Below, piece after piece: positions 26,861 to 35,534 of a stretch of 64,000 nucleotides of DNA; positions within the stretch are counted from its first letter, which is position 1, and each line of letters starts with the position of its first letter. The position numbers and the translations under genes were made by a program. The DNA is from Coriobacteriaceae bacterium (GTDB taxonomy: Bacteria; Actinomycetota; Coriobacteriia; Coriobacteriales; QAMH01): the NCBI GenBank assembly GCA_021203765.1, contig JAJQAN010000026.1, forward strand, positions 2,010 to 66,009. The letters are read 5' to 3'. The notes under the pieces are model-generated. The model was not told the origin of the DNA and did no database searches. It saw nothing but the letters and a program-made list of their open reading frames with translations.

Positions 26861-27583
26861 CTAGTCTTCGGTCTCGCGCAGGATCTGGGTGGCGACGTGT
26901 ATGTCGTGTGCCGTAGTGATCTTGATGTTGGAATAGGCGCCTTGGACGAGCTTGACCGGCCTGCCGGCCAGGATAAAGACCTTGCAGGCGTCGGTCAGCT
27001 GCGCGCGCTGCTCGTCGGAAAGCTGTGAGGCGGCCTCGGTAAAGACCTTGATCTTGAAGCTTTGCGGGGTCTGCCCCTGGTAGTAGCGCGAGCGCTGCGG
27101 GATATCTTCGATGGTTTCCCCGTCGTCGCTCACGACGATGGTGTCGGTGGCCGGCACGACGGTATCGACGCAGTCGCAGCCCTCGAGCGCGTCGAGGTTG
27201 TCCTCGATGATGCGTCCGGTGACGAAGGGACGGACCGCGTCGTGGGTGACCAGCACGTCACCGTCGTCGACGCCGAAGGTCTCGTCGATGTATTCGCAGA
27301 TGTTGCAGATGCTTTCGTGACGGTCGTCGCCGCCGAGCACCAGGTGGATACGGCCGACGGATTCCGCCTCGATGTTCTCGGCGATGAGGACCCGCGCGTA
27401 CTCGAGCCACTCGACCGGTACCGCGACGATCAACTCGCCGATCAACGAACAGTCCAAAAATGCGCGCAGCGTCATGATGAGGATGGGATCGCTGCCCTCC
27501 CCAAGGCGGAGGAACTGCTTGGGGCGTTCGCTGCCCTGCATCCGCATGCCGAGCCCGCCGGCCAGAATCCCTGCGTAGTTCAT
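26861..27583 (-). CDS. tarI: Ribitol-5-phosphate cytidylyltransferase
   Basis: MNYAGILAGGLGMRM...PKQFL...VLVTHDAVRPFVTGRIIEDN...YQGQTPQSFKIKVF...QLSDEQRAQLTDACK...PVKLVQGAYSNIKITTAHD closely parallels S. aureus TarI. ATG 27583 has a GGAAGGA RBS. The upper 226 codons of the track ORF (to 28261) are an artefactual extension. Confidence 0.9.
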   Translation of the reverse strand: MNYAGILAGGLGMRMQGSERPKQFLRLGEGSDPILIMTLRAFLDCSLIGELIVAVPVEWLEYARVLIAENIEAESVGRIHLVLGGDDRHESICNICEYIDETFGVDDGDVLVTHDAVRPFVTGRIIEDNLDALEGCDCVDTVVPATDTIVVSDDGETIEDIPQRSRYYQGQTPQSFKIKVFTEAASQLSDEQRAQLTDACKVFILAGRPVKLVQGAYSNIKITTAHDIHVATQILRETED

Positions 27584-27608
27584 TGCCCTGGTCCTTCCAG
27601 TCGGGTCC

Positions 27609-28676
27609 TTATGCCAGCGGCGTGAAGTCCGTCTTCGGGTCGAGGTCGACGATGAAACGCGTGAGCATCTTGACGGCCGAATCCAGGTCCTCGAGCGCGA
27701 GAACCTCGGTCGGCGTGTGCATGAAGCGCAGCGGGATGCTGATGAGGCCGGCCGCCTTGCCGCCACGGGAAAGCTGGATGACGTTGGCGTCGGTGCCGGT
27801 GCCGCGGTTTTCCGGGCCGATCTGGTAGGGAACCTTTTCGGCCTCGGCAGCCGCAACGAGCAGGTCGAAGAGGACCGGGTTGATGTTGGGGCCACGGGCG
27901 ATGATGGGACCGCCGCCACATTTGGCCTCGCCGTTCTTCTTGCTGTCGACGCCGGGATAGTCGGTCGCGTGTCCGACCTCGATGGCCATGCCGACAACCG
28001 GGTCGACGCCGTAGGCGGATGTCTCGCCGCCGCGCAGGCCGATCTCCTCCTGCACGGTGGCCGCCGCGATGTAGTCGCCAGCCGCACCGCCGGCCGCCTT
28101 GACCTCCTCCATGACACGGGCGGCGATCCAAGCGCCCATCTTGTCGTCGAAGGCGCGGCTGACCGCAAGCCCGTCGCCGTAGGTCTCGAAACCGACCCCG
28201 TAGGTGATGGTGTCCCCGATGCGGATCTTCTCCTTGGCGGTCTCACCGTCAAGTCCCACATCCAAGAAAAGCTTGTCGATCGGCGTGACCTTCTTGCGAT
28301 CCTCGACCTCGAGCAGGTGGATGGGCAGGCGCCCCATCACCCCGCGCACGACGCCGTCCTTGGTATGGACGTCCATGCGCATGCCGGGCAGGACGGCCGC
28401 GTCGACTCCGCCGAGCGGTTGGACGGAAAGGAACCCCTTCTCGTCGATGTGGGTGACCATCAGGCCGACCTCGTCGATGTGGCCGGCGAGCATGACGCTC
28501 GGACCGTCACCGGTACCCTTGAGGGTGGCGTGCACCGAGCCCATGACGTCGGTCTCGATGGAATCGGCCGTGCCCTGCAGCCGGTCACGGAAGACCTTGG
28601 CAGCGCGTACCTCCTCGCCGGTCGGAGACGGGGTCTCGACCAGCTCCTGCAAAAAGTTCAGATCCTTCTTCTTCAT
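27609..28676 (-). CDS. M42-family metallo-aminopeptidase (FrvX/CelM/PepA-like)
   Basis: MKKKDLNFLQELVETPSPTGEE...MLAGHIDEVGLMV...GRLPIHLL...AFDDKMG are typical M42 blocks. Start set to ATG 28676. Confidence 0.8.
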   Translation of the reverse strand: MKKKDLNFLQELVETPSPTGEEVRAAKVFRDRLQGTADSIETDVMGSVHATLKGTGDGPSVMLAGHIDEVGLMVTHIDEKGFLSVQPLGGVDAAVLPGMRMDVHTKDGVVRGVMGRLPIHLLEVEDRKKVTPIDKLFLDVGLDGETAKEKIRIGDTITYGVGFETYGDGLAVSRAFDDKMGAWIAARVMEEVKAAGGAAGDYIAAATVQEEIGLRGGETSAYGVDPVVGMAIEVGHATDYPGVDSKKNGEAKCGGGPIIARGPNINPVLFDLLVAAAEAEKVPYQIGPENRGTGTDANVIQLSRGGKAAGLISIPLRFMHTPTEVLALEDLDSAVKMLTRFIVDLDPKTDFTPLA

Positions 28677-28720
28677 GATCGCTTCTTTCGTGTCGTGGCC
28701 GCCGTCGGGGGCGGCGCAAA

Positions 28721-28999
28721 TCAAACGTTGTACATGTACTTGAAGACGTCCTCGCGCTGCATGACGATCTGCAGATGCAGCTCCTCGCCCAAGGCGTCGA
28801 GACGCTCCTGTACCTCGTTGAACGGCGTCACATCCTCGTCGAGCGTCGCCATCATCGTCATGGAGAAGATGTCCTTGGAGACGCCCTGACGGATGTCGCC
28901 GATGTTGGCGTCGCATTCGTAGAGAAGCATGGAAACCTTGGCGACGATGCCTTTTTGGTCCTGTCCGAGGACCGTCACGACGACCCGTGTCTCTTTCAT
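28721..28999 (-). CDS. Small ACT-domain protein (UPF0237-like)
   Basis: 92 aa, MKETRVVVTVLGQDQKGIVAKVSMLLYECDANIGDIRQ...: a stand-alone ACT fold pattern. Start set to ATG 28999. Confidence 0.7.
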   Translation of the reverse strand: MKETRVVVTVLGQDQKGIVAKVSMLLYECDANIGDIRQGVSKDIFSMTMMATLDEDVTPFNEVQERLDALGEELHLQIVMQREDVFKYMYNV

Positions 29000-29042
29000 C
29001 TGCGTTATCCCTTCAATTGCCGGGCGGCCTTTTCTGCCGGCC

Positions 29043-30869
29043 CTAGATCTTGTCTTTGAGCAGGTCGAGGAGCTGATCGACGCATTCTTCCAGCGAGTAC
29101 TGGGAGGTATCGATGGCGATGTCGGGGTTGCGCGGCTCCTCGTAGTCGCTCGATATGCCGGTGAAGTTTTCGAGTTCGCCTGCGCGGGCCTTCTGGTAGA
29201 GCCCCTTGACGTCGCGCTTCTCGCATTCTTCGAGCGGAGTGCTGATGTAGACCTCGATGAAGTCGTCGCCGATGATCTCGCGGGCGCTCTGGCGGTCGCG
29301 GATGAACGGTGAAATGAACGCAGTGAGCACAATGATGCCGGCGTCGTTTAAGAGCTTGGAGACCTCGGCGATGCGGCGGATGTTCTCGATGCGACCGGCC
29401 TCGGTGAATCCGAGGTCCTTGTTAAGCCCCATGCGGATGTTGTCGCCGTCGAGGAGCATGGTGTGCTTGCCGCTGGCCGCCAGGGACTTTTCGAGCTCGT
29501 TGGCGACGGTTGACTTGCCCGAGCCGGACAGGCCGGTGAACCAGATGGTACGGGCCTTCTGACCGAGCTGCTGTTCGCGGAACTCCTTGGTGATGTCCAT
29601 GTTGTGCCAGGTGAGGTTGTCTCCGCGGTTGAGGGAGTGCTCGACGACGCCGCAGGCAGAGGTCATGTTGGTGACACGGTCGATGAGAATGAGCGAGCCG
29701 AGCGCGTTGTTCTTTTCGAAGATGTCGAAGACGACCTTGTCGGCCGTCGAGATGTCGCAGCGGACGATCTCGTTTTTGAAGGCGGCGTCGGCGTAGACCT
29801 CCTCGCCGGTGTTGGCGTCGACGCGGTACTTGATGTTCATGACCGTGGCCGGCACCCGCTGTGTGCCAATCTTGAGCAGGAAGTTCTTGCCGGCGACGAG
29901 CTTGGTGTCATCCATCCACAAAAGCGTCGCCGAGAACATCGAGTTGACGTAGGGCTTGGTGTCCTTGACGAGCACGCAGCCGCGCGAGACGTCGATCTCG
30001 GTGTCGAGCTGGATGTTTGCCGGATCCCCCGTGGAGACGCTTTTGACGTCGGCATCGCCCCGGTAGATGGTCTTGACCGTGGCGGACTCCCCGCTCGGCA
30101 GGACCGTGACCTCGTCGCCGACGGAAATCTCCCCGCTTTCGACCTGGCCTTGGAAGCCGCGGAACTCGTGGTTGGGACGACAGACGCGCTGCACCGGCAT
30201 GGTGAACCCGAGCTCGGCGGGGTTTTCGTGCACGTCGATTGTTTCCAGATAGGGCAGCAGGGCGGGACCGGTATACCAGTTCATCGCCTCCGAATGCGAG
30301 TTGATGTTGTCGCCTTCGGTGGCAGATACCGGGATGATCTCACAGGTGTCGTATTCGAATTCCGCGAGCAGGACGCGGATGTCCTTCTTGATCTTCTTGA
30401 ACTTGCCCTGCTCGTAATTGATGAGGTCCATCTTGTTGACGGCGAAGACGAAGTGCTTGATGCCCATGAGCGAGCAGATGCGCGTGTGGCGCTTGGTCTG
30501 CACGAGCACACCCTGGCTCGCATCCACCAAGATGACCGCGAGGTCGGCGAAGGAGGCGCCGACGGCCATGTTGCGGGTGTATTCCTCGTGTCCGGGGGCG
30601 TCGGCCACGATGAAGGAGCGGTTGTCGGTGGTGAAGTAGCGGTAGGCCACGTCGATGGTGATGCCCTGTTCGCGCTCGGCGGCCAGGCCGTCGAGCACCA
30701 GGCTGTAGTCGATCTCGCCTTCGCGTGAGCCGACCTTGGATTCGAGTTCGAGGGCGCGTTCCTGGTCGGCGAAGAGGAGCTTGGCGTCGTAGAGCATATG
30801 ACCGATGAGGGTCGACTTGCCGTCGTCGACGCTGCCGCAGGTGATGAATTTGAGGAGTTCGCTTGCCAT
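29043..30869 (-). CDS. cysNC: Bifunctional sulfate adenylyltransferase subunit 1 / adenylylsulfate (APS) kinase
   Basis: N-terminal GTPase (GSVDDGKSTLIGHML, DAPGHEEYTRNM, NKMD). C-terminal APS kinase (IWFTGLSGSGKST, LLDGDNIR, AFISPF). Confidence 0.92.
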   Translation of the reverse strand: MASELLKFITCGSVDDGKSTLIGHMLYDAKLLFADQERALELESKVGSREGEIDYSLVLDGLAAEREQGITIDVAYRYFTTDNRSFIVADAPGHEEYTRNMAVGASFADLAVILVDASQGVLVQTKRHTRICSLMGIKHFVFAVNKMDLINYEQGKFKKIKKDIRVLLAEFEYDTCEIIPVSATEGDNINSHSEAMNWYTGPALLPYLETIDVHENPAELGFTMPVQRVCRPNHEFRGFQGQVESGEISVGDEVTVLPSGESATVKTIYRGDADVKSVSTGDPANIQLDTEIDVSRGCVLVKDTKPYVNSMFSATLLWMDDTKLVAGKNFLLKIGTQRVPATVMNIKYRVDANTGEEVYADAAFKNEIVRCDISTADKVVFDIFEKNNALGSLILIDRVTNMTSACGVVEHSLNRGDNLTWHNMDITKEFREQQLGQKARTIWFTGLSGSGKSTVANELEKSLAASGKHTMLLDGDNIRMGLNKDLGFTEAGRIENIRRIAEVSKLLNDAGIIVLTAFISPFIRDRQSAREIIGDDFIEVYISTPLEECEKRDVKGLYQKARAGELENFTGISSDYEEPRNPDIAIDTSQYSLEECVDQLLDLLKDKI

Positions 30870-31769
30870 CTAGAAGTACCCCTCCTTCTTGCGCTGCTCC
30901 ATGCTCGCCGCGCCGCTGTCGTGGTCGATGACGCGGCTCGTGCGTTCCGAGTTGACGGCGCCGAGGGTCTCCTCGACGATGGCCTCGAGCGTGTCGGCAT
31001 CCGATTCCGTGGCGCCGGTGAGCGGATAGCAGCCGATGGTGCGGAAGCGGACCTTGCGCATGACCGGCTTTTCGCCCGGCTCGAGCGGCATGCGGTCGTC
31101 GTCGACCATGATGATGTCGCCGTCGCGTTCGACGCAGGGACGCTCGGCCGCGAAATAGAGCGGAACGATCTCGATCTGTTCGCGCAGGATGTACTGCCAG
31201 ATGTCCTTTTCGGTCCAGTTGGAAAGTGGGAAGACACGGATGCTTTCGCCCTGTTTGATCTCGGTGTTGTAGAGCTTCCACATCTCCGGGCGCTGGTTTT
31301 TGGGGTCCCAGGCCTGCTCGGAGTTGCGGAACGAGAAGATGCGCTCCTTGGCACGGCTCTTCTCCTCGTCGCGACGGCCTCCGCCGAAGGCGGCGGTGAA
31401 TCCGTACTTGTCGAGGGCCTGTCTGAGCGCCTGGGTCTTCATGATGTCGGTGTAGGCGGAGCCGTGGTCGAAGGGGTTGATGCCCTGCTTGACGCCCTCC
31501 TCGTTGATGTATTCGATCATCTCGATGCCGTACTTTTCGGCAGTCTTGTCCCGAAACTCGATCATCTCGTGGAACTTCCACGTCGTGTTGACGTGCAGGA
31601 AGGGAAACGGCGGCTTTTCGGGGTAGAACGCCTTGAGCGCCAGGTGCAGCATGACCGAGGAGTCCTTGCCGATGGAATAGAGCATGACGGGCTTTTCGCA
31701 CTGCGCGGCAACCTCGCGGATGATGTAGATCGACTCCGCTTCAAGTTCATCTAGGTGACTCAAAACCAC
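30870..31769 (-). CDS. cysD: Sulfate adenylyltransferase subunit 2
   Basis: [42 protein letters not shown]...[21 protein letters not shown]...RVIDHD match E. coli CysD closely. The start is GTG 31769, or TTG two codons in, which has better RBS spacing. The stop abuts the cysNC ATG. Confidence 0.92.
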   Translation of the reverse strand: MVLSHLDELEAESIYIIREVAAQCEKPVMLYSIGKDSSVMLHLALKAFYPEKPPFPFLHVNTTWKFHEMIEFRDKTAEKYGIEMIEYINEEGVKQGINPFDHGSAYTDIMKTQALRQALDKYGFTAAFGGGRRDEEKSRAKERIFSFRNSEQAWDPKNQRPEMWKLYNTEIKQGESIRVFPLSNWTEKDIWQYILREQIEIVPLYFAAERPCVERDGDIIMVDDDRMPLEPGEKPVMRKVRFRTIGCYPLTGATESDADTLEAIVEETLGAVNSERTSRVIDHDSGAASMEQRKKEGYF

Positions 31770-31785
31770 GTCCTTTCAGCTGATC

Positions 31786-31824
31786 GGTAAAAGCGGCGCA
31801 ACGCCCCCGTCGCGGGCGTTACGC
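31786..31824 (-). terminator. Hairpin with short U-tract between the ispG stop and the cysD start (ispG terminator and/or cysD leader attenuator)
   Basis: Minus-strand RNA reads GCGUAACGCCC-gcgacgg-GGGCGUUGCGC followed by CGCUUUUACC. The stem is 11 bp with one G.U pair that forms only in the minus-strand transcript. Confidence 0.5.
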
Positions 31825-31838
31825 GCACACCGCTGAAG

Positions 31839-31847
31839 ATTATACAG
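31839..31847 (-). promoter_or_regulatory. Putative promoter -10 CTGTATAAT upstream of cysD
   Basis: Forward sequence is ATTATACAG, in the 150-bp ispG-cysD gap, about 70 nt upstream of the cysD start. Confidence 0.45.
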
Positions 31848-31919
31848 AATGGGCGTTTTTACAGCAGGCAAATACACGAAGGAAGTATATCTGCCGCAGG
31901 CCGTACGGCGGCCTTTTCC

Positions 31920-33020
31920 TTACAGTTTGTCGATTGCCTCGAAGAGCGCATCGACGATTCGGTCGGATTCGACTCGCTGGGCGTTCTCACCGTGGAAGAA
32001 GAGAACCCCGCAGTCGTCGGCACAGGCGACCCCGACGTCGGCGTCCTTGGCCTCACCTGGCCCGTTAACGACGCAGCCCATGACCGCCACCTGCAGGGGC
32101 TTGTCGATATCCGCCAGGCGGCGCTGCACTTCCTCGGCGATGGGGATGAGGTCGACCTGGCAGCGCGAGCAGGTCGGACAGGAGACGAGCTCGGGGCGGA
32201 CACGGCGCACGCCGACCGCGGACAGGATGCCGTAGGCGACCGCCATCTCCTCGACCGGGTCGGCGGTAAGCGACACGCGCAGGGTGTCCCCGATGCCTTC
32301 GGCAAGCAGCATGCCCAGTCCGATGGAGGATTTGATGGTGCCCTGCTGCACCGTCCCGGCTTCGGTGACGCCGATGTGCAGCGGCACGTCGGGGCAGCTG
32401 CGCGAGAGCTCCCGATAGGCCTCGACCGTCGTCATCACGTCGTGTGCCTTGGCCGAAACGACCACATCGCTAAAGCCGCGCTCGTCGAAATGCTCGACGT
32501 AGGTGCGGGCGGACAAGGCGAGCTTTTCGGCGATGCTCAGATCCTGGCGGTCAGCGACCTCCCTCTCGAGGGAGCCTGCGTTGACCCCGATACGGATGGG
32601 GATCTTCGCCTCTCCGGCCTCGTCTATGATGGCATCGACGGCCTGTATGGCGGGCAGGGTCCCCGGGTTGATGCGCAGCGCGGCGGCCCCGACGCGGGCG
32701 GCGCCAACGCCGATGAGGTGGTCGAAGTGGATGTCGGCAACGACCGGCAGCGGGCTTTTCTCGCAGACCTGTGCGAAGAACTCCAGAGAGTTGCGGTTGG
32801 GTATGGCGACACGCACGACCTCGCAGCCGGCATCCTTCAGGCGTTCGATCTGCTCGAGATTGCCGTCCGCGTCGAGCACGGGCCCCAGGTCGTCGTCTTC
32901 GCGCATAGGAACGTTCGTCATCGACTGGACGACGACCGGTGCGCCGCCGCCGATGGGCACATCCCCCACCATGACCTGGCGGGTCTTGTTTCGCGCGGGT
33001 TCTGTCTGTGTGTCTGCCAT
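31920..33020 (-). CDS. ispG: 4-hydroxy-3-methylbut-2-enyl diphosphate synthase
   Basis: VPIGGGAPVVVQSMTN, RVAIPN, PLVADIHF, and the C-terminal CPTCSRC...VMGCVVNGPGE Fe-S motif. Confidence 0.92.
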   Translation of the reverse strand: MADTQTEPARNKTRQVMVGDVPIGGGAPVVVQSMTNVPMREDDDLGPVLDADGNLEQIERLKDAGCEVVRVAIPNRNSLEFFAQVCEKSPLPVVADIHFDHLIGVGAARVGAAALRINPGTLPAIQAVDAIIDEAGEAKIPIRIGVNAGSLEREVADRQDLSIAEKLALSARTYVEHFDERGFSDVVVSAKAHDVMTTVEAYRELSRSCPDVPLHIGVTEAGTVQQGTIKSSIGLGMLLAEGIGDTLRVSLTADPVEEMAVAYGILSAVGVRRVRPELVSCPTCSRCQVDLIPIAEEVQRRLADIDKPLQVAVMGCVVNGPGEAKDADVGVACADDCGVLFFHGENAQRVESDRIVDALFEAIDKL

Positions 33021-33088
33021 AAGGTCCTCCTTCTACCAAGCGCTCTCAACCGTCACGTGAATGCGTGTGCCCGCCCTGCGGGCCCGGG

Positions 33089-34372
33089 TCAAGTGCCGAG
33101 GATGAAGTTGTGTATGTCCTGGTTCAACAGGATCAAGAACAAGACTATGAGCAGCGCGATGACGACGACGGTGATGGCGTTTATGACCGAGGCCGGTATG
33201 TCGCGCCGGATGATCTTTTGGATGACCTCGACGACGATCTTGCCGCCGTCGAGCGGCGGCAGCGGGATCAGGTTGACGATGCCGAGCGACAGCGAGACGG
33301 CCGCCAGGAGATAGAGCAGCAGCAGCGGTGAGGCGGAGGCCGCCTCCCGCGACATGACCGCGATGCCGACGACCGAGGTCGACTCGCTGACCGTCTCGGC
33401 GGCGGTCATCGGGTTGAAGAGGCTCGCGTAGGCCGCAACCGTCTGCCCGATGTAGACGAACGAATCCCCCAAGGCCCGAAACACCGACACACGCTCCGGG
33501 GCGGTGGCCATGTAGACGCCGAGCTGCGGGGTGCCGTCCTCGCGGGCGCCGACCGTCAGCTCCGTCGTCTCGGGCTCATCGTCGCGGACGTAGGAGACGG
33601 TGACGTCCTCGCCGACCGTCAGGCTGGCGATCTCGTCTGAGAGTGTCTCCCAGTCCGGTGTTTCGACCCCGTCGAGGGCGGTGATGGTGTCGCCGGCCTC
33701 GAGACCGGCGACCTGGGCAGGACTGTCCGCGATGACGTCTTCGAGGGTCGTCGTCGCCGAGGTGACCCCGATGCCGCTCAATAAGACGATGAAGATGATG
33801 AGGGCGAACACCACGTTGAAGACCGGCCCGGCGAAGAGCACACAAAGACGCTGCCAAAACTTCAGGCCGCGGTAGGTCTGCGCACGCTCGCCGTCGAGCA
33901 GGGCGGTCTCGTCGTCGACCTCGCGCGGTTCGCCGAGTTCGTAGGTGTCGGTCTGAGGTGCGGAATACAGGCCGGACTTGTCGGAGCGTGCCGGCTTTTT
34001 GATGGAACCCCAGCCGTCGAGGATGATGAGGGCGTTTTCAGCCTCGCCCGTGTCCAAATCGCAGGCCATGGCCGTGTGCTCCACGTCGGCCTTGCCATGC
34101 CGGTAGACATAGGCGAGCACCTTGGAAAGGTTGGGGTCTTCCGGTCCGCCTTCCATGCCGGTGATGCGGTTGTAGCCCCCCAGCGGGATGCAGGTGATGC
34201 CGTAGCGACAGCCGTTGCGCTCAAAACCGATGTTGGGGCCCGGCATGCCGATCATAAACTCGGTGACCCGTGCGCCGAATAGACGCGCGAACAGGAAGTG
34301 CCCGAGTTCGTGGACGAAGACCAGGATGATGAGGACGACGAGGCCCCAGAATATCGTCAGGACGACATCCAT
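33089..34372 (-). CDS. rseP: M50 site-2 protease (RseP/Rip1-type) with PDZ domain
   Basis: HELGHFLFAR (HExxH), a PDZ-like segment (SPAQVAGLEAGDTITALDG), and NLIPLPPLDGG. Start set to ATG 34372. Confidence 0.88.
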   Translation of the reverse strand: MDVVLTIFWGLVVLIILVFVHELGHFLFARLFGARVTEFMIGMPGPNIGFERNGCRYGITCIPLGGYNRITGMEGGPEDPNLSKVLAYVYRHGKADVEHTAMACDLDTGEAENALIILDGWGSIKKPARSDKSGLYSAPQTDTYELGEPREVDDETALLDGERAQTYRGLKFWQRLCVLFAGPVFNVVFALIIFIVLLSGIGVTSATTTLEDVIADSPAQVAGLEAGDTITALDGVETPDWETLSDEIASLTVGEDVTVSYVRDDEPETTELTVGAREDGTPQLGVYMATAPERVSVFRALGDSFVYIGQTVAAYASLFNPMTAAETVSESTSVVGIAVMSREAASASPLLLLYLLAAVSLSLGIVNLIPLPPLDGGKIVVEVIQKIIRRDIPASVINAITVVVIALLIVLFLILLNQDIHNFILGT

Positions 34373-34376
34373 GACC

Positions 34377-35534
34377 TTATCGCCGCCCGTCCAAGAAGTC
34401 CTGTGCGTGGGCTCGGGCGCGCGCATCGATGCCTTCGAGCTGCTCGATCGAGGAGACCGGCTCGGCATTAAAGGCCCCCAGCGCGTCTTCCACGCACGCG
34501 TCTATGTCGGTCAGGCTGCAGTCGCCCGCCAAAAAGGCCGCGACCGCGACCTCGTCCGCCGCGTTCATCACACAGGGCGCCGTGCCGCCCGCATGTCCGG
34601 CCTGCATGGCCAGCGGCAGGCAGCGGAAGGTGTCGCAGTCCGGCTCGGCAAATTCCAGGGAGCCGAGATTGGCGATGTCGAGCATGTCGAGCGTAGTATC
34701 CCAACGCCCCGGGTAGCTCAAGGCGAACTGTATGGGCAGGCGCATGTCGGGCACGGCCAGCTGCGCCTTGACCGATCCGTCGGTAAAGGCGACCAGGGAG
34801 TGCACGCAGGACTGCGGATGGATGACGACGTGGACGTCATCGATGTCCGCCCCGAACAGATGGGATGCCTCCAGCACCTCGAGCCCCTTGTTCATGAGTG
34901 TCGCGGAGTCGACGGTGACCTTGGGCCCCATGGACCAGGTCGGATGCGCAAGCGCCTGCTGCGGGGTCACCTCGTGCAGCTCCTCGCGCGTCTTGCCCAG
35001 AAACGGGCCGCCCGAGGCCGTCAGCCAGATCGAACGCAGCGCGGCGGCGTCCTCGCCGATGAGACATTGGAAGATCGCCGAGTGCTCGGAGTCGACGGGC
35101 AGAAGGGTCTCGCGTGTAGCCAGCGGCATGATGAGGTCGCCGCCGACGACGAGCGACTCCTTGTTCGCCAGCGCGAGCTTCTTGCCGGCCGCAACCGTGT
35201 CGTAGGAGGCACGCAGGCCGGCCGCCCCGGACAGGGCGTTGAGCACCAGGTCAACTTCTTCGAGCTGTGTCAGAGCAGTGACGGCATCGGGGCCGAAACC
35301 GATATCGACCGTGTCGGGAAGCTGGGTAAGCGCGGTCGCATCGCGTACCGAGGAGTCGCCGAAGGCCAGATGGGTGACGCCGAATTCGAGGGCGGCCTGT
35401 ACGCAGGGTTCGACCTGCCGCCCAGCGGCCAGGGCGACGATTGTGACCTGATCGGGATGCATGCGCACGACATCGAGCGTCTGTCTGCCGATGGAGCCGG
35501 TCGCGCCGAGTACGGCGATGGAAAGCGGCTTCAT
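34377..35534 (-). CDS. dxr: 1-deoxy-D-xylulose 5-phosphate reductoisomerase
   Basis: MKPLSIAVLGATGSIGRQTLDVV, LANKESLV, DSEHSAIFQC, HPTWSMGPKVTVDSATLMNKGLE. The ATG overlaps the cdsA stop (ATGA). The track ORF is over-extended. Confidence 0.92.
   Translation of the reverse strand: MKPLSIAVLGATGSIGRQTLDVVRMHPDQVTIVALAAGRQVEPCVQAALEFGVTHLAFGDSSVRDATALTQLPDTVDIGFGPDAVTALTQLEEVDLVLNALSGAAGLRASYDTVAAGKKLALANKESLVVGGDLIMPLATRETLLPVDSEHSAIFQCLIGEDAAALRSIWLTASGGPFLGKTREELHEVTPQQALAHPTWSMGPKVTVDSATLMNKGLEVLEASHLFGADIDDVHVVIHPQSCVHSLVAFTDGSVKAQLAVPDMRLPIQFALSYPGRWDTTLDMLDIANLGSLEFAEPDCDTFRCLPLAMQAGHAGGTAPCVMNAADEVAVAAFLAGDCSLTDIDACVEDALGAFNAEPVSSIEQLEGIDARARAHAQDFLDGRR

Noticed and set aside
27584-28261. 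N-terminal extensions of 'longest ORF' calls (tarI to 28261; also rfbA to 18680, dxr to 35819, dus to 61881, M42 to 28916, rseP to 34468, thyX to 47895)
   Set aside because: The extensions are R/P/A/G-rich and overlap the upstream gene's coding sequence. The canonical family N-termini begin at internal ATG or GTG codons with an RBS or with ATGA/GTGA stop-start overlaps.
27609-28999. M42 peptidase and ACT-domain protein as functional parts of the sulfation/teichoic system
   Set aside because: Their only link is position between cysNC and tarI. No mechanistic rationale or motif ties them to polymer synthesis, so I treat them as possible passengers.
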